A stretch of 64,000 nucleotides of DNA from Planctomycetota bacterium (GCA_947501605.1 CANMWZ010000012.1:1-64000), one strand, 5' to 3'; counted from the stretch's first letter, positions 30,247-38,943 are shown. Translations and numbers: made by a program. The notes: generated from the letters alone by a model not told the origin.

Positions 30247-31326
30247 ATGGCACGGACTCTTGCGTGGCGTCTTTTCTCGTTCGCATTCGCATTACTGCCT
30301 TGGCTGAATCACCTTCACGCACAAGAAGCAGGTCCAGAAGCCGGCACGGAGACGATCAAGGCCTTCCACTTCGAGGGCACAACTCTCGGTGGCCGGCACC
30401 TCGACCAGGACGACTTCAAGGACTGCGCAGTGCTCGTCGATTTGTGGGGGACGTGGTGCGGACCGTGCCGACAGGCAGTGCCTTCACTCGTACAGCTACA
30501 CCAGAAGTACAAGCACCGCGGACTTGAGATCGTGGCCTTCTGCTACAGCGCAGCGGGCGGCGCCGACAACACCGACAAGGTCCGCGCCTTCGCCGCCGAG
30601 AACCGCATCACCTACGATCTGTTGCCGGGAGACTCCGCTGTTCGAGATCAGGTCCCGGGCTTCAGTGGCTACCCGACGATGCTGCTGTTCGAGCGGGGCT
30701 GGAAGCACTCCGCGACTCACGTAGGGTGGGGCCCTGAAATGGCGGCCGAACTCGAAAAGTGGCTCGAGAAGACGCTCAGCGACGGCAAGTCTGGCGGGGA
30801 GAAGACCGCAGACGATGAGACCAAAGACGACACTGAGCCAGAGGCACCGGAAGAGGTGCCCGCCGGTCGCTTCTTCCTACCTGGCAAGGGTGATCGCGAT
30901 GTCGAATTGGAGTTCGAGGATGCTCAAGGTCAACGAGGCAGCCTAGCAGACCTACGCGGCAAGCCGTTGCTGTTGGCGCTGACAACGACATGGGACCGCG
31001 AAAGTGAGCGCACCGCTCGTCTGCTGCAGGCACTGCACACTGAGTTTCCCCAAGTTGGCGTGGTTGCGTGGCACCTAGAAAAGCCCACTGATGCAGCCGC
31101 AAAGGTCGCGGCAGTGCACGCCTTCAAGCAGCGGTTGTCGCTGACCTACCGGGCTTTCACGACGGATCTCCAGAGCGCGCGACAGAAGGTGCACAAGTTC
31201 GCGGCCTTCCCCACCCTCTTGCTGATCGATGCGAACGGCGTGCTGGTCGAGCGCGAAGGTGGCATCTCTGACGAAATCGAGCAGCGCATTCGCACTCGAC
31301 TGACAGAGCTCACGAAGCCACAGTGA
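30247..31326 (+). CDS. Exported TlpA-like protein with two thioredoxin-fold domains
   Basis: Signal peptide; LWGTWCGPC and cis-Pro loop GYPT in domain 1; second domain has TTTWDRES and AFPT with no CxxC. Confidence 0.85.
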   Translation: MARTLAWRLFSFAFALLPWLNHLHAQEAGPEAGTETIKAFHFEGTTLGGRHLDQDDFKDCAVLVDLWGTWCGPCRQAVPSLVQLHQKYKHRGLEIVAFCYSAAGGADNTDKVRAFAAENRITYDLLPGDSAVRDQVPGFSGYPTMLLFERGWKHSATHVGWGPEMAAELEKWLEKTLSDGKSGGEKTADDETKDDTEPEAPEEVPAGRFFLPGKGDRDVELEFEDAQGQRGSLADLRGKPLLLALTTTWDRESERTARLLQALHTEFPQVGVVAWHLEKPTDAAAKVAAVHAFKQRLSLTYRAFTTDLQSARQKVHKFAAFPTLLLIDANGVLVEREGGISDEIEQRIRTRLTELTKPQ

Positions 31327-31362
31327 CTGTCATCGATCTCAGAACCTGCACAGCAGTGCTGA

Positions 31363-31782
31363 TCAGGAGTCGGCGAGGCGTCGGGCGAGTTCGTCGAAGT
31401 CGACCGACTGGAGGTCAAGATACTGAATCGGGGTCATCTTCTTGAACTTGCGATACTCGTCGATGCTACTGAGCTCGACATAGTCCCTGGCCGTCATCTT
31501 GTTGGCCTCCAATTCGCGTGGCGCAAGTTCCTTGGTGCTGTTGGTCTTCTCCAACGTCTGCTTGGCGCGATGGCAGATCGCCAGCGTGTTCTCGAGATTG
31601 GATCTGATCTTCAACAGGCGCTCCTCGTTGGCACCAGGAAGTCCCATGCTCTTCGAGATCTTGCCGATGGCCACCTCCAAGACGGCGATCAAGCAGTTGA
31701 GCTTGGTCGTCAGGCGAGCGCGGTACTCGCTCGAGGAGAGCATGTCGGGACGGCCGTTGTGATCGTTGTTGCTGGTTTCCAT
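31363..31782 (-). CDS. Hypothetical helical/coiled-coil protein
   Basis: 139-aa ORF with typical codon bias, a charged helical pattern and an upstream promoter-like element. Confidence 0.7.
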   Translation of the reverse strand: METSNNDHNGRPDMLSSSEYRARLTTKLNCLIAVLEVAIGKISKSMGLPGANEERLLKIRSNLENTLAICHRAKQTLEKTNSTKELAPRELEANKMTARDYVELSSIDEYRKFKKMTPIQYLDLQSVDFDELARRLADS

Positions 31783-31813
31783 CAGTTAAGCTCGTAGGTG
31801 ACGAGAACTGAGG

Positions 31814-31830
31814 AGCACGGCACATGCCAA
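31814..31830 (-). promoter_or_regulatory. Putative sigma54 -24/-12 promoter
   Basis: Minus strand TTGGCATGTGCCGTGCT gives exact GG-N10-GC spacing, ~30 bp upstream of the ATG at 31782. Confidence 0.55.
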
Positions 31831-31951
31831 GCTCGGCATGACGCGCAAAGAACCGGAAGCGCCGTTGCCACTGGCGGAACATCTCGAAGCCCCAACTCGA
31901 CACCTAGACGACCGTCGCAGCAGCGCATCGCTTCCGTCCGATTTCTACGAC

Positions 31952-32003
31952 GGAGTCCTAGGATTGGGACTCCTTGGCCCGTGCTAGTGACCCCGTGCTA
32001 GTG
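31952..32003. repeat. Inverted repeat followed by a 12-bp direct repeat
   Basis: GGAGTCCTA-ggat-TGGGACTCC hairpin, then CCCGTGCTAGTG x2 (31978-31989 and 31992-32003). Confidence 0.6.
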
Positions 32004-32045
32004 GGGTGACTGACGACCGAGACGGCGCCGCAGATCAGGGACCGG

Positions 32046-33182
32046 TCAGTTGCCGGTGACGGCTTGCTGGCAGAGGCGAAACGACACGTCCTTCAAGCGC
32101 TGAAGCGAACCACTGCCGACAACCCAGTAGATCGTGCCGGCCTCGTGGAAGACGTAGGCGCGCATCGCTCGATCGTCGTAGCTGGCAATCGCATGTGCCG
32201 CTGACGATGTGATCGTGGCGGTTGCGATGTGATCGAGGAACGGGTTGCCCCCACTGCGCGACTGCAGGATGAAGAACTCGTCGATGCCGTCTGAGTAGCC
32301 AAGGACCACCGTTTGATCGCCGTTGACCGGATCCTCGGTGACCTGGACGAACTGCTGGCGGTAATCGCTGACTGTGCCGCCAATCGCGGGCTGAAGCGGA
32401 ACAAAGACACCAAGCCTCATATTCGCGCTCTGCAGGTCGCCAAAGCGTGAGACTGTCATCCTTGGGCGCCAACTCCAAGCGGGCTTCGTGGCGCCTCGTG
32501 AACTGACCTGGATCGCCGAACCCATCAAGGCGAAACTCGTAGTCTCCAGTTCACTGATCAGCCGGAGCTGAGAATCGTACTCGCCGGTGTAGAGCGCGAC
32601 GCCAGTCACCACATCGAGGTCGAGCACCCAGATGCCTTTGTCGGTCCGCGTGGGAAACACAACGATCCGGCGCACTCCGCGACCAATGCGTGTGGCTTGG
32701 CCAAAATCAAAGATCTGGTAGTTCTGCTGCGCGAGAGCCGGGTCAGTGACGTGGAACCCACCGTGCATGTGCAACAAGCCAGCGTTGTTGCGGTAGACCT
32801 CACTCCACACCGCCTGAGCAGTCGCGCTCGGAGGGATAGAGCCAATCAAGTCGAGGAAGTCGAGCCTGAAGGCAGAGTCGCGAGTGCCGTCTCCCTGCAG
32901 CATCAGCTGTTCGCGCACTTGCACGATCTCACTATTGCTGCCCAAGAACCGGCGCACACGAGTCGCCTGATACGACGACTGAAAGGGCGCTTGCGCCAAG
33001 TGCTGGAACGTCACCGGAGCACCGTTCGCGAGGACACCGTTCGCGAGGACACCGTTCGCGAGGACACTGCCACCGCCGCCGCCTCCGACGCCCTGAGCTG
33101 GCGCGAGCGCCACGACACAGAGCGAGGCTACCGCCAGCGCATGCGCGCGCAGCGATTGCAGGGTGCGGGAGAGACGGTTCAT
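32046..33182 (-). CDS. RseB/MucB-like periplasmic sigma-E regulatory protein
   Basis: Signal peptide; RIGRGVRRIVVFP...WVLDLDVVTGVALYTGEYD and LGYSDGIDEFFI resemble MucB/RseB; third gene of an ECF/anti-sigma operon. Confidence 0.65.
   Translation of the reverse strand: MNRLSRTLQSLRAHALAVASLCVVALAPAQGVGGGGGGSVLANGVLANGVLANGAPVTFQHLAQAPFQSSYQATRVRRFLGSNSEIVQVREQLMLQGDGTRDSAFRLDFLDLIGSIPPSATAQAVWSEVYRNNAGLLHMHGGFHVTDPALAQQNYQIFDFGQATRIGRGVRRIVVFPTRTDKGIWVLDLDVVTGVALYTGEYDSQLRLISELETTSFALMGSAIQVSSRGATKPAWSWRPRMTVSRFGDLQSANMRLGVFVPLQPAIGGTVSDYRQQFVQVTEDPVNGDQTVVLGYSDGIDEFFILQSRSGGNPFLDHIATATITSSAAHAIASYDDRAMRAYVFHEAGTIYWVVGSGSLQRLKDVSFRLCQQAVTGN
33020..33067. repeat. 15-bp tandem repeat x3 in frame (VLANG x3)
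   Basis: CACCGTTCGCGAGGA x3 plus CAC. Confidence 0.9.
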
Positions 33183-33224
33183 GAGCAAGGGGTCAGGCTA
33201 ACGCGGAGGGAGTGCGCCTGACCA

Positions 33225-33265
33225 AAGAGGCAGGCATCCAACAAGAGGCAGGCATCCAACAAGAG
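33225..33265. repeat. 18-bp intergenic tandem repeat x2.3
   Basis: AAGAGGCAGGCATCCAAC x2 plus AAGAG. Confidence 0.85.
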
Positions 33266-33286
33266 CAGAGCGGAGCAACGCGGCGA

Positions 33287-33901
33287 TCACCGCACGACCC
33301 CCAAACGGAGAGCCGCCGTCGGGTGCATGGCCGACGGCAGTTCAGAGACAGGCACGAAGACGATCTGGAGATCGGTGGTTGTTCCCTCAGAACGTCCGAT
33401 GCGCCAACCAAATACGGCCAACAACGCCACAGATGCGGCGACGGCTGCCAACATTCCGACCGATGCCGTTCGCCGCTGGGGTTGGGAAACCGCGCGTGCC
33501 CGAGCTTGGCGCCAGAGCCAAGCAGGGTTTGCTCGAACCGGCTCGGCGAGTCGGGCGGCCAGTCTGTCCTCCGCCACCTGAAGCGGCCACGGCAACTGCT
33601 CGACAGGTGCCACGACCCGCAGGGCGTCGGTGAGCTGCACACCGACCGGCGTTCGCTCGAAGGTGTCGATAGCACGTTCGTGGATCGAGGCCAGGAAGGC
33701 CGGGCTCGAGAGCTCTACAGGTACGGTGGGAGGCCCGCCCAAGTGGTCGCCCAAAGCAGCAGCCAGCTTGACTCGGCGAGCACAACTTGGGCACACCACA
33801 GCATGAGCCGACATCGCACCCTGCTGCCGCAGAGCGTCTACATGCGCAGCCAACTCGCGCGCAAAAGCCCGACAGGCAGCGGACATCGAGGATTCGTTCA
33901 T
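33287..33901 (-). CDS. Zinc-binding (ZAS-type) transmembrane anti-sigma factor
   Basis: HAVVCPSC (HxxxCxxC), one TM helix, 4-bp overlap with the ECF sigma gene. Confidence 0.8.
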   Translation of the reverse strand: MNESSMSAACRAFARELAAHVDALRQQGAMSAHAVVCPSCARRVKLAAALGDHLGGPPTVPVELSSPAFLASIHERAIDTFERTPVGVQLTDALRVVAPVEQLPWPLQVAEDRLAARLAEPVRANPAWLWRQARARAVSQPQRRTASVGMLAAVAASVALLAVFGWRIGRSEGTTTDLQIVFVPVSELPSAMHPTAALRLGVVR

Positions 33902-34524
33902 GCTCCACCTCCGTAAGACCGCCCTGCGGCAACCACGTTTTCTAGGTGCGGGAAGCGCTCGCGGAGGACGCGCTCCAGCGCCAAGTGCGCCCGTGCGAGT
34001 CGACTCTTGACGGTGCCAAGAGAGAGCACAAGAGTCGCAGCAAGCTCCTCGTAGGACATGTCTTCCAGGTATCTGAGCGCCAGGATCACCCGCAGCTTGG
34101 GGCTCAGCATGCCGATCGCTTGCTCAATCTGACCGCCAAATTCTCGCGCCTCTGCCGCGGCTGCGGGTGTCGGGCCAGGCTCCGCCGCTGCTTCAGACGC
34201 GAAGTCAAACTGCTCAGCGTGCTGCCAGCCACGGGAACGGGCACGGCGACGTTGGTCGATGCTGCAGTTGACCACGAGCCGAAACAACCAAGTGCTGAAC
34301 AGGGACCCGGCGCGGAAGCCATCGATCTTCCTGAAGACCAGCGAGAAGCTCTCCTGGACCACGTCCATCGCATCAACCGAGCTGCACGTGATGCGATACG
34401 CGATCGCGTATACACGCTCGCGGTAGCGCAGGAAGAGTTGTTCAAACGCGACTTCGAAGCCCTCGTGGTTGGGGTTGCGACAGGCGTCAACCAAGTCGGC
34501 ATCAGGATCCGGCACGAGCTTCAC
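33898..34524 (-). CDS. ECF RNA polymerase sigma factor (RpoE-like)
   Basis: AFEQL, DVVQESF, FSTWLFRLVVN (region 2); MSYEELA...GTVKSRLARA (region 4); GTG start chosen at 34524, ORF extends to 34608. Confidence 0.93.
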   Translation of the reverse strand: MKLVPDPDADLVDACRNPNHEGFEVAFEQLFLRYRERVYAIAYRITCSSVDAMDVVQESFSLVFRKIDGFRAGSLFSTWLFRLVVNCSIDQRRRARSRGWQHAEQFDFASEAAAEPGPTPAAAAEAREFGGQIEQAIGMLSPKLRVILALRYLEDMSYEELAATLVLSLGTVKSRLARAHLALERVLRERFPHLENVVAAGRSYGGGA

Positions 34525-34530
34525 AGGATT

Positions 34531-34560
34531 GAGACGTTTGGAGCACGGATTTGGGTTCCC
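34531..34560 (-). promoter_or_regulatory. Putative ECF autoregulatory promoter
   Basis: GGAACC-N17-CGTCTC ends 6 nt before the GTG at 34524. Confidence 0.5.
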
Positions 34561-34662
34561 CTTGCCTGGGAACGCCGAGAAAAGTCGGTCCGCCAGACGC
34601 AGCTCCATACGACGCAGCCATGTCAGCGCCAGCCGAGTGCGACCAACCCCGACGGAGCTACT

Positions 34663-35547
34663 TCAGCCGCCAGTGATCGACCCGACACCGCCGGGGAGGA
34701 CTAGGACGGTCCCGACACTGGCGGCGCACTCGACGCCACAGATGAGGTCGTTGCAGTCCTGGCATTCGGCGCCTGAGACCACAAAGGCCGAACCACCCGA
34801 GCCACCCCCGACCGACTGCAGTTGCAGCACACAGACACGGTTGTTGGGAACAGTGCCGGTAGAAACACTCGCCACTGACTGAATCGCGAACAAGCCGGCG
34901 GCAAACGGGACCACAGAGCAGGTCGTGCCGTTGTGATCCAACAATGGGACCGACGTGTGCAGGGAACGCGTACCGATTCTGGCTACCGCACTGATCGCAC
35001 AAGGCAAGACCGCCTGCAGCACAGTCACCGACACCAACGACACCGACAAGTGCACCCAGAGGCCTTCATTGGCCACAGCGCGCTGCTCCATCGCGATCGG
35101 CTGGAGCGACAACGTCGACAGCGGGATGCGCAAACCCGGCACACTACCGACCTCGGCATACGCCTCGAGATTGGTCAACAACTCGACGTCGCCCATGAAG
35201 CGGAACAAGAGGTGCATCACCGCTTCGCTACCACCGGCACTGTTGCGGGTGGTGACCACGAGGCGCATCTCATGATCGGAGGGCATCGGCAGGCTGCGGT
35301 AGCGCGGATTGCCTCGCTGAACCACCTCGACAAAGTCCAACGTTCCGTCGCCGTCCGAGTCCGGGGACAACGCGTTGGTCAAGCAGGCCCACTCCAACGA
35401 GTCCGGCAGGAAGTCGCCATCCGAGTCCAGAGCGATTGCTGGCCGATCGGCGTGCAACACCTGTCCTTGTGATGCTCCGCTCACCTGCCAGCCAGCAACT
35501 GCCAGCAGGACCGCAATCACTACAGAAGCAATCGGGCGCAGGGTCAT
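34663..35547 (-). CDS. Secreted protein with Ca-binding DxDxDG repeats and a Cys-rich C-terminus
   Basis: Signal peptide; DSDGDFLPD and DSDGDGTLD; C-terminal CVL...ECQDCNDLICGVEC. Confidence 0.7.
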   Translation of the reverse strand: MTLRPIASVVIAVLLAVAGWQVSGASQGQVLHADRPAIALDSDGDFLPDSLEWACLTNALSPDSDGDGTLDFVEVVQRGNPRYRSLPMPSDHEMRLVVTTRNSAGGSEAVMHLLFRFMGDVELLTNLEAYAEVGSVPGLRIPLSTLSLQPIAMEQRAVANEGLWVHLSVSLVSVTVLQAVLPCAISAVARIGTRSLHTSVPLLDHNGTTCSVVPFAAGLFAIQSVASVSTGTVPNNRVCVLQLQSVGGGSGGSAFVVSGAECQDCNDLICGVECAASVGTVLVLPGGVGSITGG

Positions 35548-35740
35548 GAGCGGGGGTTCCTGGAGCTAGCCACCTAACCGGTGGAGGTTTCGGCGGGCTC
35601 CAAACGAGCCGGTGGATTTCAACCGCCAAGCGCGACGAATGCAACGCCCCACAAGGACCCAAGATCACAGGGGCAGGGCGAACCGGCCGATTCTGCGGTT
35701 GTGTCGCACGCGGGGCCCCGGTAAAGACCGAACCCTGCTG

Positions 35741-35817
<77 letters not shown>

Positions 35818-35828
35818 TCCGCCCCACC

Positions 35829-37613
35829 GTGAGCGACCTCAACTTCCGGCTGGACCTGCGAGCCCCCGAACGGCGCCGCATCGTCGTCTCTCTAGAACTC
35901 GACGTGGCCTGCCTGGAGCTGCAGTCAGACGCTTCGGTCGACGGCATCGATTTTTTCCTGCCGACCTGGACGCCAGGGAGCTACCTGATTCGCGAGTATG
36001 CAAGACACCTCGGGCCGGTGGGCGCCACCGATGCCGAAAGCGGCCACGAGCTTGCCGTCGCAAAAACGACGAAGAACCGCTACCGCGTCCGCCGCACGCG
36101 CGAGCTGCGTCGACTCCGACTCGACTACTGGGTCTACGCGCACGAGTTGACCGTTCGAACGGCGGACGTCACCGCGGAGCACGCCTATTGGAATCACGCC
36201 TGCGTGCTGTTGTGGCCTCTCGGGCACAAGCACTTGACGGCCAACGTGCAGGTAGAACTGCCGACGCATTGGAAGCTCGCGGGAGGGGTGCCAACAACCA
36301 CTCTTCGCGATGGCGTCGTCAGCTACGAACTACCAGACCTCGATAGTGCGATCGACGCACCGATCCTGGCCGGAACGTTTACCACCCTGGAGGTGGATGC
36401 TCGCGGCATCCGCCATGTTCTCGCGATCGACGGGGTCGACGGCGCGCGCATCGACCCGAAGTTCACGACTGACGTGCGCACCGTCATCGAACGCGCTGCC
36501 GATGTCTTCGACGGCACGCTGCCATACTCACACTACACCTTCCTGTGCCTGTTCGCGGACAGCGGCTACGGCGGATTGGAGCACGCCAACTCCACCACCC
36601 TGCTGACTCCGCGCACATCTCTAGGCGGAGGCAAAGGCTACCAGGAGTTCCTCGGCCTGCTGGCGCACGAGCTCTTTCACGCCTGGAACGTGAAGCGCAT
36701 GCGCCCCGTCGAACTGTGGAACTACGACTACGAGGTCGAGAACCTCACGCCGATGCTCTGGCTCGCCGAAGGTTGGACGGCGTACTACGACGACCTCATC
36801 TGCCGCCGCGCTCATTTGTTGTCGGTCGAGGAGTACCTCGCAGTCGTCGCGAAAAACATGACGGCGCTGTGGGCTGGCATGGGCCGATTCCGCCAGTCGC
36901 TCGCGGAGTCGAGCTTTGATGCGTGGATCCGCTACTACCGCCCCGATGAGAACACCCGCAACAGCACTCAGAACTACTACGGAAACGGCGCGCTGGCAGC
37001 GATGGTGCTCGACCTCACCATCCGGCGGGCAAGCAACGGTGCGCGCTGTCTCGATGACGCACTGCGCTCGCTCTACCGCGAGACATACTCCGCCAACCGG
37101 GGCTACCGAATCGACGACGTCGAACGTTGCTTGGCACAGGCTGCGGACTGCGATCTCTCGATGCTGCTGTCGTCGCTGACTCGCGGCCCACTGGATCCAG
37201 ACTTCGCCAGCTTGCTCGCCGACTTCGGCGTGCGCGTTGAGCCCATTGACCGCGATCGACCATATCTGGGCTTTGGACTCGAGAGTGGCACGACGAAGGT
37301 CGCGAACGTGAGTGACGACTCGCCAGCCTTCGCGGGTGGCATCGCACCCGGCGACGAAATCCTCGCGTTGAACGAGCTCCGCGTGAGCAACGAGCGTTGG
37401 GCCGACTTGGTCCGCTCAGTTGCAATCGTGAACAAACCGCTACGGGTTCTCGTTGCGACGCGCGGGGTCGTGCGCGAGCGCGTGATCACGCCGATGGAGA
37501 TGCCGAACCTCGGCGTGCGCCTAGCTCTCGAGCGCGACGTCACCGAGCACGTCGTGTCGCTGCGCACAAGCTGGCTAGGCACGGATGCACCAGCGAAGCA
37601 GTCGACGAGCTGA
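35829..37613 (+). CDS. M61 family glycyl aminopeptidase with PDZ domain
   Basis: PTWTPGSY, GGLEH, AHELFHAWNVKR, LWLAEGWTAYY, NYYGNG; C-terminal SPAFAGGIAPGDEI PDZ domain. Confidence 0.94.
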   Translation: MSDLNFRLDLRAPERRRIVVSLELDVACLELQSDASVDGIDFFLPTWTPGSYLIREYARHLGPVGATDAESGHELAVAKTTKNRYRVRRTRELRRLRLDYWVYAHELTVRTADVTAEHAYWNHACVLLWPLGHKHLTANVQVELPTHWKLAGGVPTTTLRDGVVSYELPDLDSAIDAPILAGTFTTLEVDARGIRHVLAIDGVDGARIDPKFTTDVRTVIERAADVFDGTLPYSHYTFLCLFADSGYGGLEHANSTTLLTPRTSLGGGKGYQEFLGLLAHELFHAWNVKRMRPVELWNYDYEVENLTPMLWLAEGWTAYYDDLICRRAHLLSVEEYLAVVAKNMTALWAGMGRFRQSLAESSFDAWIRYYRPDENTRNSTQNYYGNGALAAMVLDLTIRRASNGARCLDDALRSLYRETYSANRGYRIDDVERCLAQAADCDLSMLLSSLTRGPLDPDFASLLADFGVRVEPIDRDRPYLGFGLESGTTKVANVSDDSPAFAGGIAPGDEILALNELRVSNERWADLVRSVAIVNKPLRVLVATRGVVRERVITPMEMPNLGVRLALERDVTEHVVSLRTSWLGTDAPAKQSTS

Positions 37614-37667
37614 TCCCAGCTCGTCGTTACGGTCGCGGCGCTATTGCCGCATCACTGCGACGAGTGC

Positions 37668-37952
37668 TCAGGAAAGTCGCGCGTGGGTGCCGTCGCAGTA
37701 CGGCGCGTTCTGGCTGAGTCCGCACGCACACCACACGACGGTCTTGGGCTCGTCGAACATGACCTTGATGGGCACAACATCCGAGCCGCGGTGCGTTCCA
37801 TCGCAGTAGGGATACTGCGCGCTGCGTTCGCAGCGGCACCACGCGTGCTTCCCGGCCTCGCACCTCGCGACGAACGGGCCCTTTTGCTTGCGCCCGGGCG
37901 GAGGTGTGCCGCTTGGGCGATTGCCAATCGGATTGTCTTCGTCAGCAGACAC
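37668..37952 (-). CDS. Double CDGSH iron-sulfur (NEET/MiNT-like) protein
   Basis: CRCERSAQYPYCDGTH and CACGLSQNAPYCDGTH. Confidence 0.92.
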   Translation of the reverse strand: MSADEDNPIGNRPSGTPPPGRKQKGPFVARCEAGKHAWCRCERSAQYPYCDGTHRGSDVVPIKVMFDEPKTVVWCACGLSQNAPYCDGTHARLS

Positions 37953-37962
37953 GGCCTCACTC

Positions 37963-38583
37963 TCAGCGGAAGCGGCGGATCACGCCGCGCACGACGCCGC
38001 GAATCGTGACTCGACTGACGTAGATGGGCTCCATGCTCGAGTTCGCCGGCTGCAAGCGAATGAGCCCGTTGCGCTCGCGATAGAAGCGCTTGAGCGTTGC
38101 CTCTTCGTCCTCAAGGATCGCGACGACGATGTCGCCATCGTTCGCTGTCTCCCGACGCTCGACCACCACGAGGTCGCCATCGTCGATGTGGTCTTCGATC
38201 ATCGATTTGCCGCGAACGCGCAGCAGGTAGATCGCATCGCCGGTCGGCACGAGTTCAGCGAGACTGATGTCCTCACGATCTTCGAGCGCCTCGATGGGAC
38301 GACCCGCCGCAATGCGACCGAGCAACGGCAAGGTCGGGAGGTTTGCGATGGGCTCCTCTGCTGCGTCGGGGTCGTGAAGGATCGCAACGGCTCGGGCCTT
38401 GGCGCGGTCGCGATAGATTGCACCCTTGCGCGACAGTTGCTTGAGGTGCTCATGGATCGTGATCTTGCTCACGCCTAGAGCTGCCGCGGCCTCATCAAGA
38501 GTCGGTGCGATGCCCTTCTCGCGACGGAAGTCGCGGAAGTAGCGCAGCACACGGATCTGCTTCTCCGTCAGCATTAGCTTCAT
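37963..38583 (-). CDS. lexA: SOS repressor LexA
   Basis: wHTH (LTEKQ...PTLDE), AAG cleavage site, GKSM catalytic Ser, TLKR catalytic Lys; SD GGGAGG. Confidence 0.96.
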   Translation of the reverse strand: MKLMLTEKQIRVLRYFRDFRREKGIAPTLDEAAAALGVSKITIHEHLKQLSRKGAIYRDRAKARAVAILHDPDAAEEPIANLPTLPLLGRIAAGRPIEALEDREDISLAELVPTGDAIYLLRVRGKSMIEDHIDDGDLVVVERRETANDGDIVVAILEDEEATLKRFYRERNGLIRLQPANSSMEPIYVSRVTIRGVVRGVIRRFR

Positions 38584-38600
38584 GTGGAGAACCCTCCCAG

Positions 38601-38616
38601 GTTCGGTTGTCGTTCG
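38601..38616. promoter_or_regulatory. Candidate LexA box (GTTCG-N6-GTTCG) directly upstream of lexA
   Basis: GTTCG GTTGTC GTTCG, 17 bp upstream of the lexA ATG. Confidence 0.7.
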
Positions 38617-38629
38617 TCACCCAACTGGC

Positions 38630-38932
38630 TCATGCGAAGAGGGCCAGCACCAGGAAACCGAGCAGCATGATACAGCTACCAACCAGCTCAACCGTACGAC
38701 CAAGTCGCTGGCGCGCAAATTGATGACCGGCAGGCAGGACTTCGGCGAGGTGCCCCGGCCGCTGAGTCCCCGGCCGAATGGCTGGCTGCAGCCTCATAAC
38801 GGCAAGCATCTTGTGATCGCCTGCTGGCGGAGTAGCGACCTGCCGCTGTCCCTGCGAGCGCGTGGAGGACGCCGGCAGGGCAGTGGGACGGCTGATTGGA
38901 CGGCGGGGGGAGCTGAGGTTGGCGGTGATCAT
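38630..38932 (-). CDS. Small protein with a C-terminal TM anchor; first gene of the lexA operon
   Basis: SD AGGAG 6 nt before the ATG; disordered Pro/Arg/Ser N-terminus and terminal LVGSCIMLLGFLVLALFA. Confidence 0.6.
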   Translation of the reverse strand: MITANLSSPRRPISRPTALPASSTRSQGQRQVATPPAGDHKMLAVMRLQPAIRPGTQRPGHLAEVLPAGHQFARQRLGRTVELVGSCIMLLGFLVLALFA

Positions 38933-38943
38933 CGATGGCTCCT

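Noticed and set aside
33020..33265. Short repeats as a CRISPR array
   Set aside because: Head-to-tail repeats without spacers, and no cas genes in the window
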